Translations under genes and position numbers: made by a program
The notes under the pieces: model-generated
What the model saw: only the letters and a program-made list of their open reading frames with translations
What the model was told of the DNA's origin: nothing
Databases searched by the model: none
Shown here: piece by piece, positions 1 through 11,779 of the stretch
How positions within the stretch are numbered: the first letter of the stretch is position 1
Layout of the letters: every line of letters begins with the position of its first letter
DNA from: Mobula birostris
Taxonomy: Eukaryota
Reading direction: 5' to 3'
Assembly (NCBI RefSeq): GCF_030028105.1
Contig: NC_092379.1
Location: 45,680,150-45,744,149, forward strand
DNA length: 64,000 nucleotides

Positions 1-177
1 CGCACAATGCCATCCACGAATATCTACAAGGACTGTTCATTCCACGCTGTACGGAGTTCAGACCATAGCCGTTTTTACGGAAAAACTGACATGTAGTTGA
101 CAGGAACATGCAAAGCAAAACTAGTTGCGTGAATCGTTTGGACAATTAGATCTTATTATACAGTGAAATACAATACA

Positions 178-470
178 TTTATTTAGCGATACAACGCGGA
201 GTAGGCCATTCCAGCCGTTCGAGGCACAACGCCCCAGCAGCTGCACAACCCCGCTTAACCCTATCCTAATCCAAGACAATTTACAATGACTAATTAACCT
301 ACCCAGTCGGTATTTTGACTGTGTTAGGAAAGCGGAGCATCCGGGAAAACCAATGCATTCCACCGGGAGGACTTACAGACCTCTTGCAGAATGGTACAGG
401 CATTGAACTCCGAACTCCAGAACGCTCCGACCTGTAATAACGTCGCTCTGCCTCTGCGCTACCTTGGCGT
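178..470 (-). mobile_element. tRNA-derived SINE (HE1-like elasmobranch SINE)
   Basis: The reverse strand starts with a tRNA-like head (A-box-like GTAGCGCAGAGGCAGAGCG, B-box-like GGAGTTCAATGCC) and ends in a TAAATAAAT tail. A more decayed copy lies at about 15540-15780. Confidence 0.7.
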
Positions 471-2396
471 TGTGTTGTCGGTTGGCAATGGTTGGAGCCA
501 TAAATTGCCCCAAAGGAAATGATGAAAATCATTGTACAGGCGCAATAACATCATCGTATTAGATTCTCAGGGCAGGTTTTAAATACCCTTTCGGAATTTC
601 ATGAATGTTAACTTCTTCCCGTGATAATGGCAGATGGTTGCTTATGTATGCATATTGCTCAACTCAAATCACAACTCCTTATCAAATGAAGCTGTCCACG
701 TATTGCTGCGGAAAGATCTATGTGGCAAGTGGAAGTGAAATTGCTATGACATTAGTTCCAGACAATATTTAAAAGAAACTGTAACAACCTGCGCTAGATA
801 TTCAATGCATTACGTAAAAGAACATGCTGACAACTACGAACCCCAACATTCTTCAGTCTCCGACTATTTATAGAATACACTATCGTTCTATTCATTTGTC
901 CTAAGTTAGTACCCTCACGTTTTCCACCAATTAGCTAAGTATTAGCAAATTATTTTCTTGTCCATATCCCACCAAATTTTCCAGGAATCCTTCTCAGAGA
1001 TCTCAGCTTGTTTTCCCAGCAAATATACATATTACAGTATATCCAACCGTAATATCATGGAAATAGATTAAGAGCAGCTGAGGCCCCAGTACCGGTCGCT
1101 GCTTTTACGACCGTAAACCCTTATTTCATTCGCTTCTGGTAAATGGTTGCTGTAAGGTTTAACATGTACAAAATAGACTGCTTTTATTCACCTGAGCTAC
1201 TCAGACAGTACTTCCCAAACACAAGATATCGTTATGACCAGGGGCGTCAAATACACGGGTAGTTTTCTTCTTCCATGCACACCACATCCTGACTTGGAAA
1301 TGCCGTATAGCGCCTTCACTTCAGTTTCGATGGGTTACATCCTGTACTACTCAAAATGAGTGCACATCACGCTACACCAGAAGCATTAAAATAGTTCAAG
1401 AAAGTAGCTCACATTCTCAAGGCTAAGCATGCCTGACAGGTAAATCATGAACTTGCCAGCTGCATCGAAACGACATTAAAATATTAAAACAAAAATACTA
1501 AAGGCCTGTACACATTTGAAAGTGAATTATTCTGCCAAATTTTTTACTGTATTTTAATAGCTCTGTTTAATTCTGTTTCTGGAATGCGTTGGGAAATAAA
1601 TATTGCAGTTGTCGGTTCATACATTGCAGTAGACTTCTGTAATTTTCAGGATCAATTATGCGGCAAGAGATCGCTGCGAATACATGGTTCTATTATATTT
1701 TGTGACACGTGGTAGCCTACAGAGACAGTGTTTCACTTTACTGCCAAGTTTTCCTATTTCTAGTGGAGTCGTTCCAACAAAATATGATGGAAGGTATTGA
1801 GGACATAGCAGTCAGTCCTGGGTTCATAAATTGTTGGTTGTATTGAATGCTAACCACACAGCAGCGCTCTCGTTAGAATTCCTTATTTTGAACAGCATTC
1901 TACTCCGTTCGTAATGGGAAAAAACAGTCAAACTTGGTAGTTTTTACTGAGTATAGCTCTACGCTTATTTACCCTATTCAGTCAATTTGTTTCGACATCA
2001 CAATAGAAACCGGAAGACGAACTTTTTGCCTATTTTGTGCGAATCCTTTCCAATGCAGTCACGTTCAGGCCAATGAGCCACGTTTTCCCTCAGTATTCTG
2101 TTGATCTGATGGTGAACGTTTGCATTCCCGAATGTAGTCAGGGTTAAATTCGTGTTAATGTAATCTTTGCGCTATGTTATAAATAAACGGGAGGATCATT
2201 TAGGATATCATCTAAAGAAATCAGAGGAATCAAGCTGATAAGGCAGGAAGAACGGTATTAGCGAAGCAAAAGAAAAAAAAAAACACTGAGAAATGCAGAG
2301 TGTGGGATTATGAGCGACTGTGACCTGATTACAGTTGTAATAATCCACATCTTTAATATCATAAAATGAAAATAACCATTCCCACTTTTTTGCCAG

Positions 2397-2717
2397 AAGA
2401 TTGTCATGAGGCTGATATTAATGTCATCATAAAAAAGCCTTCATTTGAAGAGATTTGGACGCTTCAGAGAGCGACAATTATATGCGAAGTGGTTTACGCA
2501 GATTTACAGAATGTCACAGTCTCTTGGCGAGTAAATGGAAGTCGGAGAATCAACGGAGTAAAGACACACGGTCCAGAGTGGAGGGGAAGTAAATCCGTCA
2601 TCGTCACCAAACTGAAGGTCAGTTTAGAGGAGTGGAACAGTGGAACCGAATACCTGTGCTTCGTAGAAGACCGTGATCTGCCAACACCGCTGACAATCGC
2701 CACCAAAAAAACTAAGG
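2397..2717 (+). CDS. IgW: Ig heavy-chain constant exon, penultimate C1-set domain (IgW long-form CH5-like; homologous to IgNAR C4)
   Basis: Acceptor ttttttgccag ends at 2396 and the donor is G|GTAAGT at 2717/2718. The exon is phase 1-1 and 321 nt. Translation DCHEADINVIIKKPSFEEIWTLQRATIICEVVYADLQNVTVSWRVNGSRR...WNSGTEYLCFVEDRDLPTP has the canonical C1-set Cys-Trp-Cys. The PxFEEIW..ATIxCE and GSKSxIVxKLKV motifs match shark IgW/IgNAR as I recall them. The isotype call is from memory, not from a search. Confidence 0.9.
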
Positions 2718-2881
2718 GTAAGTGCAATTAAGCGCCGTGTTGAGGCCACAGAGTGCATTAGATAAACTGTTGGACAGTGACATTCATGAATAGTAAATAA
2801 AATCTCCTCTAATCTGGAGTATTACGGAGTAATCTGCAAATCATAGACGAAACTAATTGAACATATATTTTTCTATTCCAG

Positions 2882-3264
2882 TTACTGAAGTGCACCGTCC
2901 GAAAGTCTACCTCTTGTACCCATCAGCTGAGGAGATTCAAGCCGAGGAAGCAGCTACCCTAATTTGCCTTGCGACCGGTTTTTATCCGGAAGATATATAC
3001 GTCGGCTGGATGGCCAATGACACTCTTTTACCTTCCGGTAACTCCATCCAATTTAACAGCAATGAAGAAAAGGGCTCCAACTCGGTTACTAGCAAACTGA
3101 GGATCAGCGCAGAAGATTGGGAGAAGGGAACCACCTATCGTTGTTTGGTTGGACATCCGTCGTTACCAACACATTTAGTCAGAAGTATTAGTAAATCCCA
3201 TGGTAAACCTACTTTAGTTAACGTGTCACTCGTACTAACTGACAGCTTTAAATTGTGCGACTAA
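2882..3264 (+). CDS. IgW: Ig heavy-chain last constant exon plus secretory tailpiece (IgW long-form CH6-sec-like)
   Basis: Acceptor tttttctattccag ends at 2881, phase 1, after a 164-nt intron. Translation PKVYLLYPS..ATLICLATGFYPEDIYVGWMANDTLL..YRCLVGHPSL is a C1-set domain. The tail GKPTLVNVSLVLTDSFKLCD* has the NVS glycosylation site and penultimate Cys typical of secretory tailpieces. An internal donor G|GTAAAC at 3202/3203 would serve the membrane form. Confidence 0.92.
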
Positions 3265-3563
3265 TTATGCTTGATTCAATGACTAATACTTCGGAAGTGT
3301 TTCTTGCTTACTGCGTAGCTGTTTGAGTTTCCGTTTTACTGATTTACAAAAGACTACGCATGGCATTCACTCTTCAGATTATCCCACCACAAGTGAAATA
3401 TTCCATTAATCTCATCAGTTCGTTAACGTTGTGATGAGCTCTCGACAACATTAGAATGTTTTTAACGTTACAGTGATTCTGAAAATATAGTGCTTCGGAG
3501 ATATTAGTAAGTCACGGAATCGATAGCAGATAGCGATTTATTCTGTATGCCACATTACATTGA

Positions 3564-3569
3564 AATAAA
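3564..3569 (+). promoter_or_regulatory. Candidate poly(A) signal for the secretory transcript
   Basis: First AATAAA I found after the secretory stop (about 300 nt downstream), followed by a GT/T-rich stretch at about 3597-3617. Confidence 0.5.
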
Positions 3570-4014
3570 TTCAGCATGAAAACCTCTTAGCTTCCAGGTG
3601 TGTTCTCTTATCTTTGCAACTCAGAGTAACCCATGATTTGGTTTTATATATTCGCTTCATTCATATATCTGGTATACTTCTATTCTTTCCTTCTGACATA
3701 TTGCAAATATGGCAGGGTGACGGGAGAGGCAATGATGTGGGGGAAATTACTGAGGTTATTCAGATCCTAGCAGTTCATGGAGATTACATTCGAGATCTAG
3801 TTTGACAGATGGACTATTCGTGCATCCGTACCTCTCATCTGAACTTTGAAAGGAAAAGGTCCATTGACAACAGCTCGGAATAAGGATGAGGATCAAGTTT
3901 ATTTTCATGTACATATGTCGTGAATTTTATTGTTTTGCGGCATCAGCATAATGCAATACATAAAACGTATTAAAAATTACAATAAGAAAGCGATAAAAGA
4001 GAGCAAAGCAAGCG

Positions 4015-4400
4015 AGCTATGTTCATGAGTTCACGGATTGTTTAGAATCTGTTGGTGAAGGGAAAAGAAATCTGCTCCTGAAATCTTTTGTGCGTGCCTT
4101 CTTGCCCCTGTATCCCTGGTGACAGTAGTGGAAAGAGGTGTCCTGGGTGGTGGGAGTGGGATTCCTTAATGACAGTTGCCAATTTTTTGAAGTATCTGTT
4201 TTTGAAGATGTTCTCAATGTTGGGGAGTGTCGTGCCCATGAAGGATCTGGGTGTAACCCTCCACATCTTTTACCGATCCTTTGCGGTAGCGCCTATATAC
4301 CTGATGATGATTCGACTGATTAGAATGTTAGCCTTCCGCAGAAGATTAGTGGTGGCTTTGGTGACATACCAAATCTTCTCTAACTTCAAATGAAATATAA
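4015..4400 (-). mobile_element. Rex1/Babar-type LINE 3' ORF fragment
   Basis: Minus-strand translation GTTLPNIENIFKNRYFKKLATVIKESHSHHPGHLFPLL matches the Rex1 C-terminal motif (LPSIEDIY..RC..KA..IIKD.SHPGH.LF.LL). Confidence 0.7.
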
Positions 4401-7400
4401 CACTGGCCGTTTTTTTTTCCAATTTGCATCTATGTTTTGGGATCTGGATAGATATTCAGAGAGACTGGCGTCTTGGAGCTTAAACTTCACCCCTTTCCAT
4501 TGTTGACCCCTCATTTAGGACTGACGTGTGTTCCTTCGCCTTCCCCTTTCTGAAGTCGACAATAAATTCCTTTCTCTTACTGATGTTGAGAGCAAGGTTG
4601 TTGTTGCGGCACCACTCAGCCAGCTGATTAATTTCACTCTTGTGCGTCTCTTCCGTCACACTCTGAGATTCTGCCGAGAACAGTTACTTCGGCAAAGTTA
4701 TAGATCATGTTTATGCCAAAAACGTATGTGAAAAGATCAACTAAGCTGCTGGTTTTCAGATTTCACTTTAGTCTATCCAGAATTCGCCAAGAAATTTCCT
4801 TCAATAGTATCTCTTCTTACTTCTGGATTATGGCTTTACCGTTTCCATGGGGAATATTTATGAATACAGTAAGTGATGCTTGGTTGCTGATTTCAAGCAG
4901 GAACATACCTGATGCTAAGTAAATAACATTGTAGTCCATGCTCTATTTGACCTTTGACGCTGAGTATACTTCATCCAGTGCTCAAGAGAATGAAGAAGAC
5001 CGAAGCCTTCGACATCAGCGAATACAAAAATCATTCACCTGGCACCATCCCTATTCCTTGTAATTGATTGAAACGGAAATAGATATCCATGTTCGCTATA
5101 ACCTGCTTCTACACCTGCTTCTACGTCTGTATCAACTGAACGGCCACTACAAGCTTATCCTTGCATTATTTCTGAGCACCCACAACTGTGGCAATTCCCT
5201 CCCGAGAGCCCTTTTATACAACAGAGGGTGTATCACCGTGTTCCAGCAGATAGGGTATTTGGCTTATCTTCCCTATGCATATCGACGTACATGAGTTAAA
5301 GATCTGCCAAAGTCTGTCTGTGAACATATTTATCTTGAAATTCAGAGCTTCCACAGCCTCGACCTTGACCTCTCAATCTGGTTGAGCCCGACCAGATATC
5401 TCAAGGTGAACCCATTTTTGGGCAGTCATGTGGAAGTCCCAAATAGTGCAAATAGTTCAAGAACTGTCTGCACCTTTTCTCATCTATTTGTATTGATATG
5501 CTACTTAAATCTAGATATTTAGATCATGCGTTTTAAAACCGCAAGGCGTTTGCTGCTAAATATTCCCTGAGATATTTTTTCGGTGAATGGTACAGTGATA
5601 TACTAAATAACTACAAGTCAGTGAGTACTAACTGCTCCACTCCTCCCTGCGCTTTCCTTTGCTGTGCAAGACAAATTGAACATCAACGGGCAAATGAATC
5701 TCTGGCGACCTATCCTAATAGTCCTAATTCTGCACTGTATTGGTGTCCTTTAACTCCTTGCAATAATTCTGAAACATACCGGTTAATACGTTGATACTGT
5801 CAGGTCACTCGTCTGAGTGCTACTGGCTCCATGTAACCCAGTACTACCTGTGGCATGGTCGGGTGGTCGGCGACTAAACTAGCTCCACCACCAGACTTGA
5901 CTGGTGAGGAGGGTGGCTAGACACCCTGCAGGACGAAAAACAAGACCTGTCAAAGGGCTGGTGAACCCTCTCGCAGGGTCAATGGCCATCTAGCAAACAC
6001 CTGCCGTGAAGTGCGGAAAGGGAATCCCTTGTATCGAAGCTTGGTCTGGCCATTCACTGTAACAGGACTTCTCTCAGCCGTCTTCGACCCCACCATCCCG
6101 CTGGGAGGGGATGTCGAGAGGGTGGCTTTGGACTTTGTAACCCCCTACTCACCTAAAATACATTCACGCACACACTGTTCCTTTTTACTGAGCCTATGGG
6201 ATGGATAACCGAGAGGGAGAGAGAGAAAATAATGTGCAACAAATTTATTTTGAAAGCACCAGTAGTGCTAAAAATAAAGAAAACACAGACAGAGGCTGCA
6301 ATAGACAGTCGCATGTCCATAGTTAATAGATTTTCAAGGAGATGTAACTTGTAGCTATGTAAGTATCGTTGAGTCATCTGCAGTCGAATTCAATCCAATG
6401 TTACTGTATCGGTCCTTATGAATTCCAGATGAGCCCTAATATGATTCTGGAGTGGTGATATCTCTCATTTCACATCTAGAGTGGTGATATAAGTATCTTC
6501 TTATCTTGGCTCGGCTTCGGGTAGGTGAGTTTTGAGGATTATATGGTCTTGCTTGGAGGGGCCCATTGCATTCCCTTTAGCACTCCTTTCCTCAATTATT
6601 AACCGCTCAGCTGACCGTATAGAGAAGTGCAAGTGACTGATGGCTATAATATTGACAGCATTGTGAACAATGTGATCTTATGAAGGATAATTAATGAATG
6701 AAAGAATGGGCTATGTTGCGGCAAAGATTGTAAAGTGTCAGGTGCTCAGATTAGAGGAAAAGTGAAAATATATTTAAAACATCAGCGTGTTAGAAGCCGT
6801 GGATATTCGAAAGAGAAGAAGGAAATTCATGCATGCAGATTACTAAAATGTCACGGATTAAAGCAGTCGCCAAGAGCGAAGTATAAATTTGCATTTAGAA
6901 GATTAAAACGCTCAAGTAGAAGGCAAGCTGCAACTACATAAAGTAAAGCTCGCCAGAAGAAAGGGATATCACAGTATTTATTGAATTATATCTTTCCTTT
7001 ACTCGATGGGGATGGGATACGGAGGCAACTGCTCGGAATATGTTAGGAGTGTGGAGGTGAATATCGTCAAACGCCTGTTCCTCATTTGATGTCAATTTCA
7101 TGAATTTAACTGCAATTATGACAAATGGAACTGTACGTCTTCAGATGAATATAATCGACTTCCTATATGTGGAAGATGAATTCCACTTCCTCAACACCTA
7201 ATTAATTCTAAATCTAATTCGCTCTAGACACTCATGTACCAGAGTTAAACTAGAGAAAAGGATTTCACCGTCTGCGAATGTACTATCGGAAATCTGGATC
7301 GAGTGGATCCGTAATCAGTAATTTTAAAAAGCACATCAAGTAAAATTGACAAGGACGGCATAGAACTATTTTCTTTAGTTAGGACATGGTCTAACCAATT

Positions 7401-7557
7401 GAGTCATGCAAGTTTGGAATCCGGTATCTAGTAAATGCCATTGAACGAATGTTAAATTGAAATCTGAAGTTCAGAACGGTCTGATAAACAAGTACTTCAA
7501 GGGAAGTGGTCAGCAGTGTATTTTGCTTTCCTAAGAAAATATATATTTCGATTTCAG

Positions 7558-7718
7558 AAATCGGTGAAATTCCGGAAGACCTGGATGACTATTCAGACGG
7601 TGGAGGAGAAGTATTCGTAAACTTAGATGAAGAGGTTTGTTCTCCTTCAACGCTTCTCGTCTTTGTGATCCTCTTTATGATGAGTATGATGTACAGCGCA
7701 TTTACAACGACTATTAAG
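7558..7718 (+). CDS. IgW: Ig heavy-chain transmembrane exon TM1 (acidic spacer plus CART-like helix)
   Basis: Acceptor atttcgatttcag ends at 7557 (phase 1, compatible with the 3202 donor) and the donor is AAG|GTAATA at 7718/7719 (phase 0). Translation EIGEIPEDLDDYSDGGGEVFVNLDEEVCSPSTLLVFVILFMMSMMYSAFTTTIK aligns with the mIg TM pattern F..LF..S..YS...T..K. Confidence 0.88.
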
Positions 7719-8096
7719 GTAATAACGACTTTCAATGGTCCAGTAGCCGAAGCAAACACATTACAATCTCTGACGTATGTTTCACATTTTATCGGGGTGC
7801 AAGTTGTGAATTAATTATTCTAACGTAAGTAATTCAGATTTTCCCCAATGTATGGTTGGGATTCGCTGTAGTTTCCCTCGTGTTTACATTCCATACCGAA
7901 TAACGCGAATTAATGTGTTGTCACTGCATAAGATAACTAAAATACCATGCACGAAGATTATAACTCCAAAGGAAGGAATTACTGATAATGTCAGCGGGAT
8001 TTGCCAGGAGTATGCGATAAACGAGAGGGAGGAAGCTGAGAGAACGATAAGTTTTAACTCATTATTTGAATGCGTATAGATTAGATTCTTCGATTC

Positions 8097-8108
8097 ACGC
8101 GTGCGCGC

Positions 8109-8157
<49 letters not shown>

Positions 8158-8203
8158 CGCGCATCTATCTTTGTTGGTTTAAGTGAGTGAGAGAGAGAGA
8201 GAG
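8097..8203. repeat. Compound (GC)/(GT)n and (GA)n microsatellite
   Basis: Directly visible dinucleotide runs. Confidence 0.95.
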
Positions 8204-9829
8204 AAAGACACAGAGAGAACTAACAGCTGGGACGGAGACGAGAAATGGTCAATAAAACAATTACTTATGCTTAAACATCTTCGTGGTGAAGAACTGAGGA
8301 GCAATGGATGAGGAAGAGGTGGGATACTTCTCAGTTAGGAAGCTGATGGGAAAACAAGGCCATTTTTCCAGTAGGTTATTAGCGTGTCCAAATCCAGGAA
8401 GAGTAAATGTAATTAGAAAGTGGAATGGTGGGACTACTAAATTAGCATTTATCAAATAACGTTGAGTTATGCTAATCAACATAGGTGACGTTGACAGGAT
8501 TGACAACTGAACAACGAATGGAACGTGGTAATCAAATTTTATAATGAAATCTCTATAGAATTCTGTTCATCTTCAGAGTAATAACAGCTACTCCACATAC
8601 AAAGAACAGAGTGATCGTAAAATTGGATGTGACAATGTTGTATAGAAACAGGGCACAAGTGATTGATTTCTCTCGCTTTTTCATACACCTTTAAATAATT
8701 CTTGATTTGGATGAACAAGCAACCTATGTAGCTTACACGACTAATACAAATTAAACAATTACCTTTGAGTCATTCACCCACAGCAGTAATAGCTTCCTGA
8801 GCAAAAGTATTCCTTGCGAACCTCAGTGCCAGTGGCTGAGGAATATTTTCAGTTTATTCCTATCTTATTGCACTATCTTCATCTGAAAGAAAAATGTTAC
8901 ATTTTCTTAACCTTCAATACTGCGAAGAATTAAAATAGAAAACGGTGAAACGCTGGCCATACTCAGCAGGTTAGGCTGTATCTGTGGGAAGTGAAATGCA
9001 GTGAACAATTGAGGTTGAAACCTCTTCTTCAGAACTTGTGAGAAGATAAAGAAACTTGTAAAGCACAGTGAGTAATTAGGGTTCCTGATAGAATTAAACC
9101 GGGATGACCACGATGACAAGATATGACCAAGGTTGTCTTATCTAAGAATGAATGTAGACCGTTCAGGAATTAGGACGCAAGGAGAGGTGCACAGACATAG
9201 GAATGGGCCACAAGACTCTGCAGATGCTGGGAATCTGGCACAGTAACAAACCACTGGAGAAATTCGCTGGGCCATGCAAGATTGTGAGGGGAGAATTTCG
9301 GATATCGAAGCAGAAGTGAGTGTGGAGAAGGAAGGTAGCCTCTATGAAGAGGAGAGCGGGGAGTTGACCCAAAAGGGTGGAGGTGAAAATCTTACCTAGC
9401 CGGGGTGATGGACACGGGCAGCAGCAGATAAATGTGGGAAAGGGAGATAAGTTGTTGCAATGTGATAGTTGGGGGCAGACAAAGGCAAAGGAAAGAATCA
9501 TACAGGTGTAGCCAGGCGGGTAGGATTGGATGAATATGGAGATAGAGGATGGAGGGTGGCAAGCGGGGATAGAAGGGCCATTCTTGCTGGAATCTGACAA
9601 CTAAGGGATATGATTAAGGGGGGAATTCATGCAAGAATTCCGAAGTTCTCAGCAGGTTGCCGATCACGGCATGGTGTTCTGCGTGTGTCCTCGACTCAAA
9701 GCGAAGTAAGGGGAGAATGTGGCAAACAGGGACAATAATACCAACCAAGAAATGACTTAGACAGAAAAATCGTTACGTAAATTTGTAGAACTCATTATTC
9801 TGGGAATTATAAAGCATTGAGTTTTATGT

Positions 9830-10800
9830 CCCCGCTGGGCAAGCTATTAGAGCTAATTCCTAGAGACAGCGTTTACCAGTATGTGACAGAGCCAAATCTG
9901 ATTAGGGATTCTTACCGTTCCTTTGTGAAGTTGAGGTAGTGCCTCACGAGAGTGATGAACTTTTTCGAGAAAGTGAAAAGAAGAAGCAATTAAGATTGAG
10001 CACTGGACGCAGTAAATATACATTTTAGTAAGGCACTTGTCAGGGTTACCCATATTAGGTTAATCTTGAAAGTCAGGAGACAGGCGATCCTGGCACATTT
10101 ACAGAATAAACTGGAATTAGATCGCCCACAGAAACAGATCTGTGGTAGTAAGTGGAGGGTATTTCGACTGGAGGGCTGTGAGTAGTGATATTCCGCAAGG
10201 AACTGTTATGACATCCCTGTTGTTTGGAATTGTTACAGATGACTTATATAAAGAAGTGGGAGGGTGCTTTAGTTTGCTGGCAGATGACAAGAAGATTGGC
10301 AGTGTTATAGATATTCCAGATGGTTGTCGCAAGTTACAATTGGATACTTGCAGGATTCAGAGCTGAGTTGAGAAGTGGCAGATGGAATTCAATACAGAAA
10401 ACTGAGAAGACGTTCACCTTAGAAGGTCGAATTTCAAGACAGAAAACAGGATTAATGGTAGGATTCTCAGAAGCATGGAGGAACAGAGGAGACTTGGTGT
10501 CCACGTCCTTAAGTTCCTGCTTAACTCTATAAGTTGGTTAAGAACGTGTAAGCTTTGTTAGCCTTTATTAGTTGGAGGATTGAGCTCCAGAGCCGCGGGA
10601 TAATCTTGCAGCTCCATAAATCTCTGGTTTACCAGATTGTGTCGTGTTCATTTCTGATCGCCTCATTATAGTAAGCAAGTGATTGCTTAGAGTGTCCAGA
10701 AAAGATTTATCAGGATTTCGGTGAGATTAGAGAGTATGTTGTCGGATGAAAGGCCCAGCGTGCTTGGGCTTTTTTTCTTTGGAATGAGGGGGATGAGTAG
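9830..10800 (+). mobile_element. Decayed CR1 LINE RT/3' fragment
   Basis: WRAVSSDIPQGTV...LADDKKIGS and KWQMEFN-like remnants, with stops and frameshifts. Confidence 0.7.
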
Positions 10801-10819
10801 TGACTTAATAGAAGTATCG

Positions 10820-11530
10820 CACACAAAATGATGGAAGAACATGTCAGGCAGCATCTATGCAAAGGAATCCATATTTCGGGCCGAGACCCTTCATCAAAGT
10901 TGTAAAGGAAGGGGAAAGAAACCAGAATAAGATTAGCGGAGGGGAAGATTTACAAGTTAGAAGGTGATAGGTGAAGTTAGGTTATGAGGAAGGTAGATAG
11001 CTGGAGGAGGGAGTACGAAGTGAGAATCAGGGAAGTAATAGGTGGAAAAGGTAAAGGACTAAAGAAAAAACGAATTGCAAACATAGCTTGGAGAGCAGAG
11101 TGGCCCATAGGAAAAAGGCAGGAAGAGGAAGTCGGAAAAAATACTGGGTTAGAGAAATCGATGTTTATGCTGCCATTTTGGAGGCTACTCCGATGAAATT
11201 TGAGGTTCCTGTCCTCCAACCTGAGAGTGGCGTCATCTTGACGGTAAAAGAGGCTATGAACGAACGTCGGAATGGGAATGGGGATCAGAAGTGAAATGGT
11301 TGGCCACGATTTTCTGTTTGTTTTTTTTGTGGACAGACGGTAGGTGCTCGTCAAAGCGATCTCCCAATTTACTTTGTAAAGACAGCTGCAGTGTGAGCAC
11401 GGGATACAATAGATGACTCCAGCAGTCTCGCGGGTGAACTGTTGCCTCACCTAGAGGACTGTATAGGGCCGTGAAAGGTGGTGTGGAGGGACATTTCGGA
11501 CGAGACCCTTCAGCGGTCTGAAGAAAACAG
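10820..11530 (-). mobile_element. Penelope-like element fragments with GIY-YIG endonuclease remnant
   Basis: Minus-strand FTRETAGVIYCIPCSHCSCLY, KLGDRFDEHLPSV, VANHFTSDPHSHSD and ATLRLEDRNLKF..SLQNGSINIDFSN, followed by a pyrimidine-rich pLTR with degenerate hammerhead motifs (about 10871-10900 and 11490-11520). Confidence 0.8.
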
Positions 11531-11779
11531 ATTGCGAATAGATTTAAAAGGCGGAGGAGGGGAGAGAGAAGCACAAAGTGATAGGGCAAACCGGGAGGGT
11601 GCCAGAATGAGGATTAGTGGGGAGTGACGAATGGAAAAAGGAATCTCGGAATTATAGAGTGTATAAAATGTTAAGAGGCATGGATGAAGTGTATAGCCAA
11701 ACGCCGTTTTCCAAGTGGCATTGGTTAATAGGAGAGGATATATTTTTAAAAAGACTGGAGGAAGGAATATGGAGAATGT

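Noticed and set aside
5850-6140. Structured GC-rich repeat-like segment; considered an RTE 5' UTR with an HDV-like ribozyme
   Set aside because: I could not assemble the nested double pseudoknot (P1, P1.1, P2, P3) by eye. It needs a covariance-model search.
9064-9100. CACAGTG heptamer with an AATTAAACC nonamer-like sequence (possible RSS); also CACAGTG at 20060 and 36668
   Set aside because: The spacer is 21 nt, the nonamer matches only 6/9, and there is no adjacent V, D or J coding sequence. The other heptamers have no nonamer at 12 or 22/23 nt.
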